Position numbers and translations under genes: made by a program. The notes under the pieces were generated by a model that ran no database searches, was not told where the DNA came from, and saw only the letters and a list, made by a program, of their open reading frames with translations. Positions 9,819-19,563 of a DNA stretch of 64,000 nucleotides are shown piece by piece. Position 1 is the stretch's first letter. Every line of letters starts with the position of its first letter. This DNA is from Cyanobacteriota bacterium (lineage in GTDB: Bacteria > Cyanobacteriota > Cyanobacteriia > Cyanobacteriales > Nostocaceae): NCBI GenBank assembly GCA_046045965.1, contig JBJOKS010000019.1, forward strand, positions 32,001 through 96,000. The letters run 5' to 3'.

Positions 9819-12800
9819 ATGTCAAGACTCTTGGTTACTCAATATCAAACAGAAGTACAAAAAATCATCCAGTTTGGTGGTTCAAGAAAGGAAACTTCTA
9901 TTCGTTTTGCTTTTCAAAATTTGTTAAATGAATATTGCAAACCCCGTGATTTTTTACTTATTCCTGAGTTAGATTTTAAATTACCTAACGGTAAAGTCGT
10001 TTATCCCGATGGTACGGTTAAAGATGCTTTGCGGTTAGATTGGGGTTACTGGGAAAGTAAGGATGAATATGATAATTTAGATCAGGAAATTGAGAAGAAA
10101 TTAAATAAGGGTTATCCTGATAGTAATATTTTATTTGAAGATTCCCAAACTGCGGTTTTAATTCAAGGTGGTACGGAAACTATGCGCGTATCTATGCAAG
10201 ATGCAGACGCGCTAGATGGTATTATTAATAACTTTATAAATTTTGTCCGTCCTGAAGTGCGGGACTTTCGATCAGCGATTGAAGTTTTTAAACAGGATAT
10301 TCCCATTATATTAGATTCTCTCAGAAAGTTGATTGATTGTCAAGAGGGGAATAATCAATCTTTTGAAAGTGCAAGAAATAAGTTTTGGGAACTTTGTAAA
10401 AAGTCCATTAACCCGGAAATTACATTGTTAGATATTCGGGAAATGATGATTCAACATATTTTGACTAAGGATATTTTTATTAATATTTTCAGTGAGTCGC
10501 AGTTTCATCAAGAAAATAATGTTGCGAGGGAGTTACAAGGGGTAATTTCGACGTTTTTTACAGGAAGTTTAAAGCGGAATACTTTGGGAAGTATTGAAAG
10601 ATATTATGCAGTAATTAAAAGAACTGCTGCAAATATTGTCAATCATCAAGAAAAACAGAAGTTTTTGAAAGCATTATACGAGAATTTTTATAAAGCATAT
10701 AATCCCAAAGCTGCGGATAGGTTGGGTATTGTGTATACTCCTAATGAAATTGTCAGGTTTATGATTGAAAGTGTGGATTTTTTAGTACATAAGCATTTTG
10801 GGAAGTTGTTAGCAGATAAAGATGTGGAAATTTTAGATCCTGCGACGGGTACGGGTACGTTTATTACAGAGTTGATTGATTATTTACCTCCCCATTGTTT
10901 ACAGCATAAATATAAACAGGAGATTCATTGTAATGAGGTAGCAATTTTACCTTATTATATAGCGAATTTGAATATTGAATATACTTATAAACAGAAGATG
11001 GGGGTTTATGAGGAGTTTGAGAATATTTGTTTTGTGGATACTTTGGATAATACGTTATTTGCAGGTAAGCAAATGGATTTGTTTGCGATGACTTTGGAGA
11101 ATACGGAGAGGATTAAAAGACAGAATGATCGGACGATTTCGGTTATTATTGGTAATCCTCCTTATAATGCAAAGCAGGAAAATTTTAATGATAATAATGC
11201 AAATCGGAGTTATCAGAATATTGATAAATTGATTAAGGAAAGTTATGTGAAATATAGCAAAGCGCAAAATAATATAGTTCTTTATGATATGTACACTAGA
11301 TTTATTAGATGGGCTGCTGATAGACTAGGTAAAAATGGGATTATAGCGTTTATTACAAATTCATCTTTTATTGATGGGAGAACTTTTGACGGTTTTAGAA
11401 AAGCGATAAGTGATGATTTTAATTATATTTATGTAGTTGACTTACATGGTGATGTCAGAAAAAATCCCAAACTTTCAGGAACTACACATAATGTTTTTGG
11501 GATTCAAACTGGTGTATCTATTATGTTGATGGTGAAAAAACAGAATAGTGATTTTAATAAATGTCAAATATTTTATATTCGTCGTCCAGAATTTGATACA
11601 GCAGAGGAAAAATTAAAGTTTTTATCACAAACGAAATTGAATCAAATTCCTTTTCAACATATCACACCAGATAAAAATCATAATTGGATAAATCAAGCAG
11701 ATAATGATTTTGATGATCTTTTACCTTTGGTGAATAAAGATGTGAAAGCAGGAAAAGCAGAAGAAGCTGTTTTTAAATTGTTTTCAAGAGGTGTAGAAAC
11801 AAATCGAGATGAATGGGTTTATGATTTCAATCAGTCTAGTTTAAAAAATAAAATACTTTTTTTAATAGACACTTTTAATATTTCTGTAGATAATCAAACA
11901 AAAGATTTATCAATTAAATGGAATTCTTCTTTAGAACAAGTGATGACTTCTAAAATTAAATCATATTTTAATGAGGATTTGATGATATCATCCACTTATA
12001 GACCTTTTTGTAAGCTATATCTATATGCAGAGAAAATTTTTAGTCATAGATTAACCCAAAATCACTATGATATGTTTTCAAGTAATCTGAACAGTTCTAA
12101 TATTGTGATTACTTTTCAGAGTTTTGGTAGTAACCGTTCTTTCAATACTTTAGCTAGTGATGTACTTCCAGAAGTACATTTTACAGGTGCAAATCAATGT
12201 CTACCTCTGTATTTTTACGACAAAGAAGGAAACCGCATTGATAATATAACCGACTGGGGACTAAAACAAATTCAAACCCATTATCAAGATGAAACAATCA
12301 CCAAAATAGACATTTTCCATTATACTTATGCAGTATTACATAACCCAGAATACCGCAGAAAATACGAACTAAATTTTAAACGAGAATTTCCCCGTTTACC
12401 CTATTATGAAAACTTCCAAAAATGGGTAAACTGGGGAAAAAAACTCATGGAATTACATATAAATTATGAAACAGTCACACCTTATCAATTAACCCGTGTA
12501 GATATTACCTTAAAAGACACCCAAAAAACCATCAAAGTTAAATTGAAAGCAGATAAAAATCAAGGTGTAATTATCTTAGATGATATTACCACATTAACAG
12601 GAGTTCCTGAAATAGCTTGGGAATATATGTTAGGAAATCGGAGTGCATTAGAATGGATATTAGATCAATATAAAGAAAAGAAACCCAAAGATCCCACCAT
12701 TGCGGAAAAGTTTAATAATTATCGGTTTGCAGATTATAAAGAACAGGTAATAGAACTGTTGATGAGAGTGTGTACAGTGAGTGTAGAGACGATGAAAATA

Positions 12801-12848
12801 ATTAAAGAAATGTCTGAATCAGGATGTCCAGGATTTAAGGATGTATAG
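9819..12848 (+). CDS. Single-polypeptide restriction-modification enzyme (Type IIG / Type ISP-like without helicase), N6-adenine MTase
   Basis: N-terminal PD..(E)SK nuclease-like motif (YPDGTVKD...YWESKD), MTase motif I DPATGTGTF, motif IV GNPPY, ISP-like C-terminal region (WEYMLGNRSALEWILDQY). Confidence 0.88.
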   Translation: MSRLLVTQYQTEVQKIIQFGGSRKETSIRFAFQNLLNEYCKPRDFLLIPELDFKLPNGKVVYPDGTVKDALRLDWGYWESKDEYDNLDQEIEKKLNKGYPDSNILFEDSQTAVLIQGGTETMRVSMQDADALDGIINNFINFVRPEVRDFRSAIEVFKQDIPIILDSLRKLIDCQEGNNQSFESARNKFWELCKKSINPEITLLDIREMMIQHILTKDIFINIFSESQFHQENNVARELQGVISTFFTGSLKRNTLGSIERYYAVIKRTAANIVNHQEKQKFLKALYENFYKAYNPKAADRLGIVYTPNEIVRFMIESVDFLVHKHFGKLLADKDVEILDPATGTGTFITELIDYLPPHCLQHKYKQEIHCNEVAILPYYIANLNIEYTYKQKMGVYEEFENICFVDTLDNTLFAGKQMDLFAMTLENTERIKRQNDRTISVIIGNPPYNAKQENFNDNNANRSYQNIDKLIKESYVKYSKAQNNIVLYDMYTRFIRWAADRLGKNGIIAFITNSSFIDGRTFDGFRKAISDDFNYIYVVDLHGDVRKNPKLSGTTHNVFGIQTGVSIMLMVKKQNSDFNKCQIFYIRRPEFDTAEEKLKFLSQTKLNQIPFQHITPDKNHNWINQADNDFDDLLPLVNKDVKAGKAEEAVFKLFSRGVETNRDEWVYDFNQSSLKNKILFLIDTFNISVDNQTKDLSIKWNSSLEQVMTSKIKSYFNEDLMISSTYRPFCKLYLYAEKIFSHRLTQNHYDMFSSNLNSSNIVITFQSFGSNRSFNTLASDVLPEVHFTGANQCLPLYFYDKEGNRIDNITDWGLKQIQTHYQDETITKIDIFHYTYAVLHNPEYRRKYELNFKREFPRLPYYENFQKWVNWGKKLMELHINYETVTPYQLTRVDITLKDTQKTIKVKLKADKNQGVIILDDITTLTGVPEIAWEYMLGNRSALEWILDQYKEKKPKDPTIAEKFNNYRFADYKEQVIELLMRVCTVSVETMKIIKEMSESGCPGFKDV

Positions 12849-12877
12849 GATACAATATCAGAAATTAAACGCAGATG

Positions 12878-13012
12878 CAATACTGTTCGGTTAAGGATTT
12901 TCGTAGGTTGGGTTGAACAAAGTGAAACCCAACAAAACCTTGTAAACGTCGGGTTTCGTTCCTCAACCCAACCTACAAATTTTATTATTTTGAGCTTAAC
13001 CGAAAAGTATTG
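12878..13012. mobile_element. 135-bp MITE with 18-bp TIRs and 10-bp target duplication, carrying an internal REP-like doublet
   Basis: TIRs caatactgttcggttaag / cttaaccgaaaagtattg (1 mismatch), flanked by aacgcagatg at 12868-12877 and 13013-13022; internal gtaggttgggttga...tcaacccaacctac palindrome. Confidence 0.9.
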
Positions 13013-13278
13013 AACGCAGATGAACGCAGATAAACGCAGATAATTTTTGCATTTTCTCTGCGTTCTCTGCGTCTCTGTGGTTCGTTAAAAAAGAAATTGT
13101 CAGCATCAGGATAACCAGGATTAAAGGATGTACAGGATGGTAATTGATTAATTTTATGTTGGTGTTTAAGGTGATATTTGTCAGAATTAGATGATAGCAT
13201 TTTTTTAAATACAAATTCCAAATTTTAACATCAACATCCTGTAAATCCTAAAATCCTGGATATCCTGATTCAGACAAT
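13013..13278. repeat. Cluster of small dispersed repeats
   Basis: aacgcagat triplet, ctctgcgttctctgcgtctctgtggttc unit, forward caggat unit (about 13097-13139) and inverted caggat unit (about 13235-13277). Confidence 0.8.
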
Positions 13279-13295
13279 ATTAAAATTAACTAAAA

Positions 13296-15989
13296 TTAAC
13301 GAGGATAATGTTTAGCTAAAAATTCCCGCGCTTCAGATTCATCCTTAATTGTACCATCAAGAGTAGCAGTCAATAAATCATCCAGAATTTGCTTATATAT
13401 TGGACTAGGTTTATAACCCAATTGTTTTAAATCATTGCCATTTAACAAAGGTTGAAAATTTGCTAAATCAGTTAAATAATACCAAATTTTACGTCTAACT
13501 TTGCGGTGACTTTTCAAAGTAATTAACATCAAAGTTGGTGCATCATATTTTTTCAATAAGTGGACAATTTGACTAGGTAATTCACAACTTGGTAATAATT
13601 GAATTACCTCTGTTTCCATTTCCGCTAATTTCTTTAATCTATTAATACTGTCATCAGCTAATTGCAGATTTTTACCTACCTTTGCTCTATATTTTGGTTC
13701 TAAATGGGCAATTAATAGCTCTAAACGCATTTGCCAAGGATTTAAAGTGTGTTGTTTGTCAAATCTTCGTAAACAAATTTCTAATAAATGTAATTGTCGT
13801 AAAAGTTCAGCATCTAATTTTAGGCTAGGATGGATACACTGCAACGCACCTAAATTATCTAATAATTGTAAAGCAGATTGCCAATAAGGTGCTTCAAAGA
13901 TATGTTTTAATTCTGTTTTTAGGCGAGTTTGTAAAGCAGGAGTTCTGATATTTTCTTGAATTGTTCTGTCATAAACTCCGCTGTTTATAGCATAGCGAAT
14001 ATACTCTTCGGTTCGTTGTTCAATTGTAAATTCAAACCGCACAGCAAAGCGAACACCGCGATAAATACGAGTAGGATCTTCAATAAAACTGTTAGCGTGT
14101 AAAACTCTAATTTGCTTGGCTTGTAAATCTAAAAAACCACCAAAAAAATCTAATAATTCACCACTGCGGGGAGATGTTAACCTTAATGCCATTGCATTAA
14201 TAGTAAAATCTCTTCTATATAAATCTTGACGAATAGAACTCGCTTCTACTTCTGGGTTAGCAGCAGGATAAGGATAAAATTCTGTTCTCGAAGTGGCAAT
14301 ATCTACCCATAATGAATCTAGTTCTGCGTCTTTGTGCCATAATAAAGCAGCAGTTTGAAATGCTCCATGAATTTCCAAACGAGCATTTTGATAAATTTGC
14401 TGGAGTGCTTTTGCTAATTCCACCCCTGCACCCACATCCGCTGCTTGATGAAAACCATCAACTACTAAATCAATATCATTAATCATTAGTGTACCAGTTT
14501 GGGCATTTGCTAATAATAAATCCCGCACTGCACCACCGACTAAATAAAGATGCCATCCGCGTTTTTCTGCTTCTTGGGATGCTATATTTAATAATTGCCA
14601 AAGTTGTGGTTTTAATTTAGCTTGTAATTGTGGTAAATTAATATTAATTTCACTTTTTTTCTCTATTTCCTCATCACTTGCACCTGCTTGATGTAATTCT
14701 CTTAAAACATCGGTGCGAGTAACAATACCAACGAGATTTTCATTTTCTAAAACTGGTAAACGTCCAATGTCATAAATCACCATTAACGACTCAATTTGTG
14801 GTAGGGTTGTATCTGGTGTAATGGTCTTTAAATTTGTTGTCATGTAACCTTTAACTGGTGCATGACTAAAGCCGTGATGTAAAGCAATATCTAAATCACG
14901 TCGAGAGATAATACCAACTAATTTATCTTGATTATTAACAACAGATAAACCAGAATGTCCGTAACGCAGTAAAATTCTTTGAGCTTCAGAAATTGTAGTT
15001 TCTGGTCGAATAGTCCGCACAGGAGAAGACATTAAATCTCTGGCTGTGGGAGGATGGGGAATTTGGGATTTCAAACCATCTAATAGTTGTTGTAAAATTG
15101 ATTGTGAGTCAGTAGTTCTAATATTTAAAGATGCGGCTTGGGAATGTCCACCACCATCAAAAGGTTGAAATAATAAATTAAGATTTGTGTGGGGAATTTG
15201 GGTTCTACCAATTACTGCTAATCTAAATTCACCATCACCCAAAGGATATTCATGTGCCAAAAGTATGGCATCAATTTCTGTTAACTCAATTAGTTCTGAC
15301 GCTAAACCTGATAACCCTGGTACAAACTCATCTGTTTTTAGCGTAATCCAACCAATCGTATATCCGCGCAGACAAAGATATTCTAAATTTTCTAGCGACT
15401 CAGTTAATAATTGTTGCAATTGGGGAGATAAACCAGGATCACGGTAAGTTGAAATTACAGATAAACTTGCCCCTTGCTGCATTAACCAAGCCAAAGCTAA
15501 AGCATCTCTGGGTGTAGACTGCTTATATGTTAAAGAACCAGTATCAACATGAATACCTAACGCCATCACCGTTGCTTGAGCAGAAGTGAGAGAAATTTGG
15601 CATTTTTGCAGTTCTTCCACCATTAAAGTTGTAGTAGCACCCACATTGTCAACATATAATTTTGTCGTGGGAATATCGCTATCTTGTCCGAGATGATGGT
15701 CATAAACAACAATCTCTTGAACATTGGGTAAATCGAACCATGCAGCAGCTTTACCCAAGCGATCGCGCTGTTGAGTATCCACAACCATCAAAGAACGGAT
15801 TTTTTCAGGATTGACAGCACGCCTTTCAATCAGCGAATATTCATCCCGATACAGAGCCAAAAAATCTCTTACAGGTGGATGCGCTCCCCCAGTTAACACA
15901 ATCTTACTCCCTGGCTTGAGGCAAGTTAACCCCACAGCCGCCCCTAAAGCGTCAAAATCAGCAGTTGTGTGACAAAGAATGATATCCAT
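13296..15989 (-). CDS. DHH-CBS-PolyA-polymerase protein, probably the A-adding tRNA nucleotidyltransferase
   Basis: N-terminal HTTADFDALG/YDHH/GGGH (DHH/DHHA1), CBS pair, LVGGAVRD, DIDLV, DLYRRDFTINAMA, EDPTR. Confidence 0.9.
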   Translation of the reverse strand: MDIILCHTTADFDALGAAVGLTCLKPGSKIVLTGGAHPPVRDFLALYRDEYSLIERRAVNPEKIRSLMVVDTQQRDRLGKAAAWFDLPNVQEIVVYDHHLGQDSDIPTTKLYVDNVGATTTLMVEELQKCQISLTSAQATVMALGIHVDTGSLTYKQSTPRDALALAWLMQQGASLSVISTYRDPGLSPQLQQLLTESLENLEYLCLRGYTIGWITLKTDEFVPGLSGLASELIELTEIDAILLAHEYPLGDGEFRLAVIGRTQIPHTNLNLLFQPFDGGGHSQAASLNIRTTDSQSILQQLLDGLKSQIPHPPTARDLMSSPVRTIRPETTISEAQRILLRYGHSGLSVVNNQDKLVGIISRRDLDIALHHGFSHAPVKGYMTTNLKTITPDTTLPQIESLMVIYDIGRLPVLENENLVGIVTRTDVLRELHQAGASDEEIEKKSEININLPQLQAKLKPQLWQLLNIASQEAEKRGWHLYLVGGAVRDLLLANAQTGTLMINDIDLVVDGFHQAADVGAGVELAKALQQIYQNARLEIHGAFQTAALLWHKDAELDSLWVDIATSRTEFYPYPAANPEVEASSIRQDLYRRDFTINAMALRLTSPRSGELLDFFGGFLDLQAKQIRVLHANSFIEDPTRIYRGVRFAVRFEFTIEQRTEEYIRYAINSGVYDRTIQENIRTPALQTRLKTELKHIFEAPYWQSALQLLDNLGALQCIHPSLKLDAELLRQLHLLEICLRRFDKQHTLNPWQMRLELLIAHLEPKYRAKVGKNLQLADDSINRLKKLAEMETEVIQLLPSCELPSQIVHLLKKYDAPTLMLITLKSHRKVRRKIWYYLTDLANFQPLLNGNDLKQLGYKPSPIYKQILDDLLTATLDGTIKDESEAREFLAKHYPR

Positions 15990-16244
15990 GATAGGTGATT
16001 GGGGACTGGTGACTGGTGACTGGGGACTGGTGACTGGGAATAACGATTAATTCTAAAGTCCTGAACTCCTGAACTCCTGACTCCTCTTTCCTGATAACTG
16101 ATCAACTGTTACAAACCGGACGTAAAATATTAATTGTTCAGAAGATCAAGTGAGTTCACAGGGGTCACTGAGCAACCTAGTCTGTCCATCATACCGCGAC
16201 AGTCTGGAGAAAGTTACGATTTCGCTGTGTTGGGAAAAGTAAAA

Positions 16245-16433
16245 ATGACCATAGTATTCCAATTTGCTTTAGTATCTCTAGTTCTGATGTCCTTCGTCCT
16301 AGTTGTTGGTGTTCCCGTTGTTTACGCAACTCCTCAAAACTGGGTTGAATCTAAAAAGCTGCTTTGGGTTGGTTCAGGCGTTTGGATTGCCTTAGTGCTT
16401 TTAGTTGGTTTATTAAACTTTTTTGTGGTGTAG
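16245..16433 (+). CDS. psbZ: Photosystem II protein Z
   Basis: 62 aa, two TM helices, FQFAL...[14 protein letters not shown]...LNFFVV; ATG at 16245. Confidence 0.96.
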   Translation: MTIVFQFALVSLVLMSFVLVVGVPVVYATPQNWVESKKLLWVGSGVWIALVLLVGLLNFFVV

Positions 16434-16601
16434 CTAACAAATGCGGACAGGCACAAGCGCATAACATAAACAATAGAGGAGCAGAAAAGCTAGAGGAAAC
16501 AGGTGTAAGTAACTTTTTTCTGAACTTGCTTTCCTGCTCTTCTATATTGAACACAGAAAACTGTATTGGCGAAGAAATTATAGTTAATTTAAGAGGCAGT
16601 C

Positions 16602-17159
16602 ATGGCAGTTTTTGAGGGAACATTTACTCAAACAGAGCCTTTAAAGTTTGCGCTGGTAATCGGTCGATTCAATGACCTAGTTACCGTTAAGCTTTTAGAA
16701 GGATGTCAAGATTGCTTAAAACGTCACGGTATAAATCCTGACCCTGAAGGCAATCAAGTAGACTATGTATGGGTTCCAGGAAGTTTTGAAGTTCCTACGG
16801 TAGCTCGTCAGTTGGCACTTTCCCAACGTTATGATGCCATAATTTGTTTGGGTGCAGTGATTAAGGGACAAACGCCTCATTTTGATTATGTATCTGCTGA
16901 AGTAGCTAAGGGTATAGCCGCTGCCAGCTTTCAAACTGGCGTACCCGTAATTTTTGGCATTTTGACCACAGATACCATGCAGCAAGCATTGGAACGAGCC
17001 GGAATAAAAAGCAATCACGGCTGGGATTATGCCATGAACGCCATAGAAATGGCTAGTTTGATGCGTCAGTTACGCCCCAACCTAGCAGAACCTTATGCTC
17101 ATAATGCCCAGTCTTTACCAGCATCACTCCAAAAATCGGTAGAGTCAGAAGTAGTTTAA
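16602..17159 (+). CDS. ribH: 6,7-dimethyl-8-ribityllumazine synthase
   Basis: [42 protein letters not shown]. Confidence 0.97.
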   Translation: MAVFEGTFTQTEPLKFALVIGRFNDLVTVKLLEGCQDCLKRHGINPDPEGNQVDYVWVPGSFEVPTVARQLALSQRYDAIICLGAVIKGQTPHFDYVSAEVAKGIAAASFQTGVPVIFGILTTDTMQQALERAGIKSNHGWDYAMNAIEMASLMRQLRPNLAEPYAHNAQSLPASLQKSVESEVV

Positions 17160-17199
17160 AAGAAGGTTTGGGGAGATGGGGAGATGGAGAGAAAATTCT

Positions 17200-17260
17200 T
17201 TCCCTGTTCCCTGTTCCCTGTTCCCTGTTCCCTGTTCCCTGTTCCCTGTTCCCTGTTCCC
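17200..17260. repeat. Heptamer STRR (TTCCCTG)n
   Basis: About 8 tandem copies. Confidence 0.9.
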
Positions 17261-17295
17261 TTGTTTCCCATTTCCAAAAAAAATCAATTTAGGGG

Positions 17296-17324
17296 TTGAC
17301 AAACCAAAATAAATCTGACAAACT
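17296..17324 (+). promoter_or_regulatory. Possible sigma70-type promoter of tRNA-Gly
   Basis: Perfect TTGACA at 17296-17301 with CAAACT 17 bp downstream, just upstream of the tRNA. Confidence 0.5.
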
Positions 17325-17341
17325 AATATTAAGTTGAGATT

Positions 17342-17413
17342 GCGGGTATAGCTCAGTGGTAGAGCGCAACCTTGCCAAGGTTGATGTCGCGCGTTCGAAT
17401 CGCGTTACCCGCT
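17342..17413 (+). tRNA. tRNA-Gly(GCC), CCA not encoded
   Basis: Acceptor stem GCGGGTA/TACCCGC, D-arm GCTCAGTGGTAGAGC, anticodon arm aacc-TTGCCAA-ggtt, T-loop GTTCGAATC. Confidence 0.97.
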
Positions 17414-17769
17414 CTGAGAAATGATATCAAACAAATAGTTAAAAAAATAATAGTTAAAAAAATAATTAGGTCTGGGAAATCATGATTCGATTCTCAGACC
17501 TAAAATTTTTAATTGTATTAACTCCTGCCTTCTACCTTCTGCCTTCTGCCTCCTGCCTCCTATTTTGTCCAATTAAAAATAGCGGCTACAATGCTGGCAG
17601 AAATATACTAGAAATAGTGCTAAGTGTGGGGATGTTAGCCATGATCAAAGCTGAGAACGGAAGTCACCGCACTAAGCTGACTTGTGGAAACAGGTGATCC
17701 AAAAAGTAATTTTTGGCATTCCCACCCAAAACCGTTAACAAAAACTCGCTCAAGTTATTTAGACTGCTT

Positions 17770-18177
17770 GTGCCATCTCAAAAACCTGAAAAAATAGACT
17801 TAAATACGGATTATACTTGTCCTTGTCGTCGTCGGGGGCGATTAATTCCCATCACCCTAACAGACGCATTTGGCTGCGATCGCTGTCAGCAAATATTCGT
17901 TGTTGAAGAAAATGGATATGTACTCGAACAACTTTCCACCACCTATCCCTATAAGCGAGCTTGGCGCTGGACAGGGAATAGTTGGAATCTGATCCAACCG
18001 AAATTGAGAGAAAGTTATTTGCCCATAGCTTTAGGCATTATTTTCGTGCTAGTGATTATATGGCTACCATTAGCATTAAGCTGGGCAAAAGGTTCGAGTA
18101 TTATTGCTTGGGCAATAGTGGCGGTGCTATTAGCTATTCTGCCAGCAATTATGGTCTGGCTTACCTACAGACGTTAA
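17770..18177 (+). CDS. Conserved hypothetical membrane protein with CPC..CDRC metal-binding-like motif
   Basis: YTCPCRRRG, FGCDRCQQIF, two C-terminal TM helices; start uncertain (17713 or 17770). Confidence 0.75.
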   Translation: MPSQKPEKIDLNTDYTCPCRRRGRLIPITLTDAFGCDRCQQIFVVEENGYVLEQLSTTYPYKRAWRWTGNSWNLIQPKLRESYLPIALGIIFVLVIIWLPLALSWAKGSSIIAWAIVAVLLAILPAIMVWLTYRR

Positions 18178-18181
18178 TTCA

Positions 18182-19447
18182 ATGACTTTTGAAGTTTTTG
18201 ATGATTGTCCCGAACCAGTGAATAGCGCCAAACGCGCTTATCAAGCCTCCCTGAGATTGGGGACAACCAAAGGGGCAGACCGAAGCCGCGCTGTGCTGTC
18301 AATGGCACGGGCGCTAAAACGCTCATTTGACGACATTCTCGAAGCCAATACCCTGGATCTAGAAGCCAGTCGAGAAATGGCAGTACCAGAATTAATTTTG
18401 GACTGGCTGAAATTAACTCCCTCCCGTTTAGAGAATACCGTTGAGATTCTCCAACGCTTGGGAGAATTATCCGATCCGCTGCGACGGGTGAGAAATGCTG
18501 ATTATCAACAGGAAGATTCTCAAAGTTATACCCAGTTGATGCCCTTGGGAGCGATTGGATTTATTTATGAGGCTTTCCCAGAACTAGGGGCGATCGCTGC
18601 TGGTTTTTGCCTGAAAACAGGTAATACTGTGATTCTCAAAGGCAGTACAGAAGCCAGTCATTCTAATGCAGCGATCGCTGAAGTTCTGCAAACAGCCATT
18701 ATTGAAGTTGGTTTACCAGCAGGTTGTATAGAATTAGTTACAACCGAACATGGTACTTCTGTGCGGGATTTAGTCACTCAAGACCAGTATTTAAGTTTAG
18801 TCATTCCCTACGGGCGTTCTAGCTTAATTCAGCAAGTGGTAAGACAAGCAACTTGTCCGGTGTTAAAATCAGCAATGGGCAATTGTTACCTTTACTGGTC
18901 GCTTAATGGTAGCTTAGAGATGGTTCGCTGGATGATTTTAGATAGTCATGAAAGTGAACCAGATCCAGTCAATGCCATTGAAAAAGTTTTAATTCATCGT
19001 CAAGCTTTACCATCTTCTTTATCTGTGTTGTGGAATAGCTTAAAGGATAAAGGCTTTGAACTTAAAGCAGATGCGGAATTAGTAGAAGCCTTTCCCCAAT
19101 TACAACTAGCAAAAGATGGAGAATGGGGAACACCGTATTTAACCAAAACAATAGCATTTAAATTAGTAGATAGTTTAGAAAGTGCGATCGCTTGGATTAA
19201 TCAATATAGTAGCGGTCATGCTGATTCTATAGTTACAGACTCCTACCAAGAAAGTCGCCAATTTGCATTAGGAGTCAATAGCGCCTCTACTTATATTAAT
19301 GCTTCTCCCCGTTTTGCCCGTAACCCCTCACGGGGAGATTCTGTATTTTTGGGAATGTCCAATCAAAAAGGACACCGTAGAGGGTTTATTAGTTTGGAAA
19401 CCTTGACGACTGTGAAGCATATTATCCAGGGAAATGGACGGTTTTAA
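18182..19447 (+). CDS. Divergent gamma-glutamyl phosphate reductase (ProA) paralogue
   Basis: MPLGAIGFIYEAFP, KTGNTVILKG, VIPYG, SGHADSIVT, YINASPRF; the catalytic CNA motif is replaced by VNAIE. Confidence 0.85.
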   Translation: MTFEVFDDCPEPVNSAKRAYQASLRLGTTKGADRSRAVLSMARALKRSFDDILEANTLDLEASREMAVPELILDWLKLTPSRLENTVEILQRLGELSDPLRRVRNADYQQEDSQSYTQLMPLGAIGFIYEAFPELGAIAAGFCLKTGNTVILKGSTEASHSNAAIAEVLQTAIIEVGLPAGCIELVTTEHGTSVRDLVTQDQYLSLVIPYGRSSLIQQVVRQATCPVLKSAMGNCYLYWSLNGSLEMVRWMILDSHESEPDPVNAIEKVLIHRQALPSSLSVLWNSLKDKGFELKADAELVEAFPQLQLAKDGEWGTPYLTKTIAFKLVDSLESAIAWINQYSSGHADSIVTDSYQESRQFALGVNSASTYINASPRFARNPSRGDSVFLGMSNQKGHRRGFISLETLTTVKHIIQGNGRF

Positions 19448-19563
19448 AACAGGTGACAGGGAACAGGTGATATTTCAGTAAATACGCTAAAGCAAGCGAT
19501 GTCAAATATATTGCGCTTTAGAAAAACTATGCTACTGTTAGTATAGTTGCTTTAGTGCTATAT

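Noticed and set aside
16134..16244. N-terminal extension of psbZ in the ORF track
   Set aside because: PsbZ is about 62 aa, and ATG 16245 gives the canonical protein
17342..17700. tRNA-Gly as an integration site for an island
   Set aside because: No integrase nearby, no duplicated tRNA 3' end noticed, and the downstream genes look like core genes
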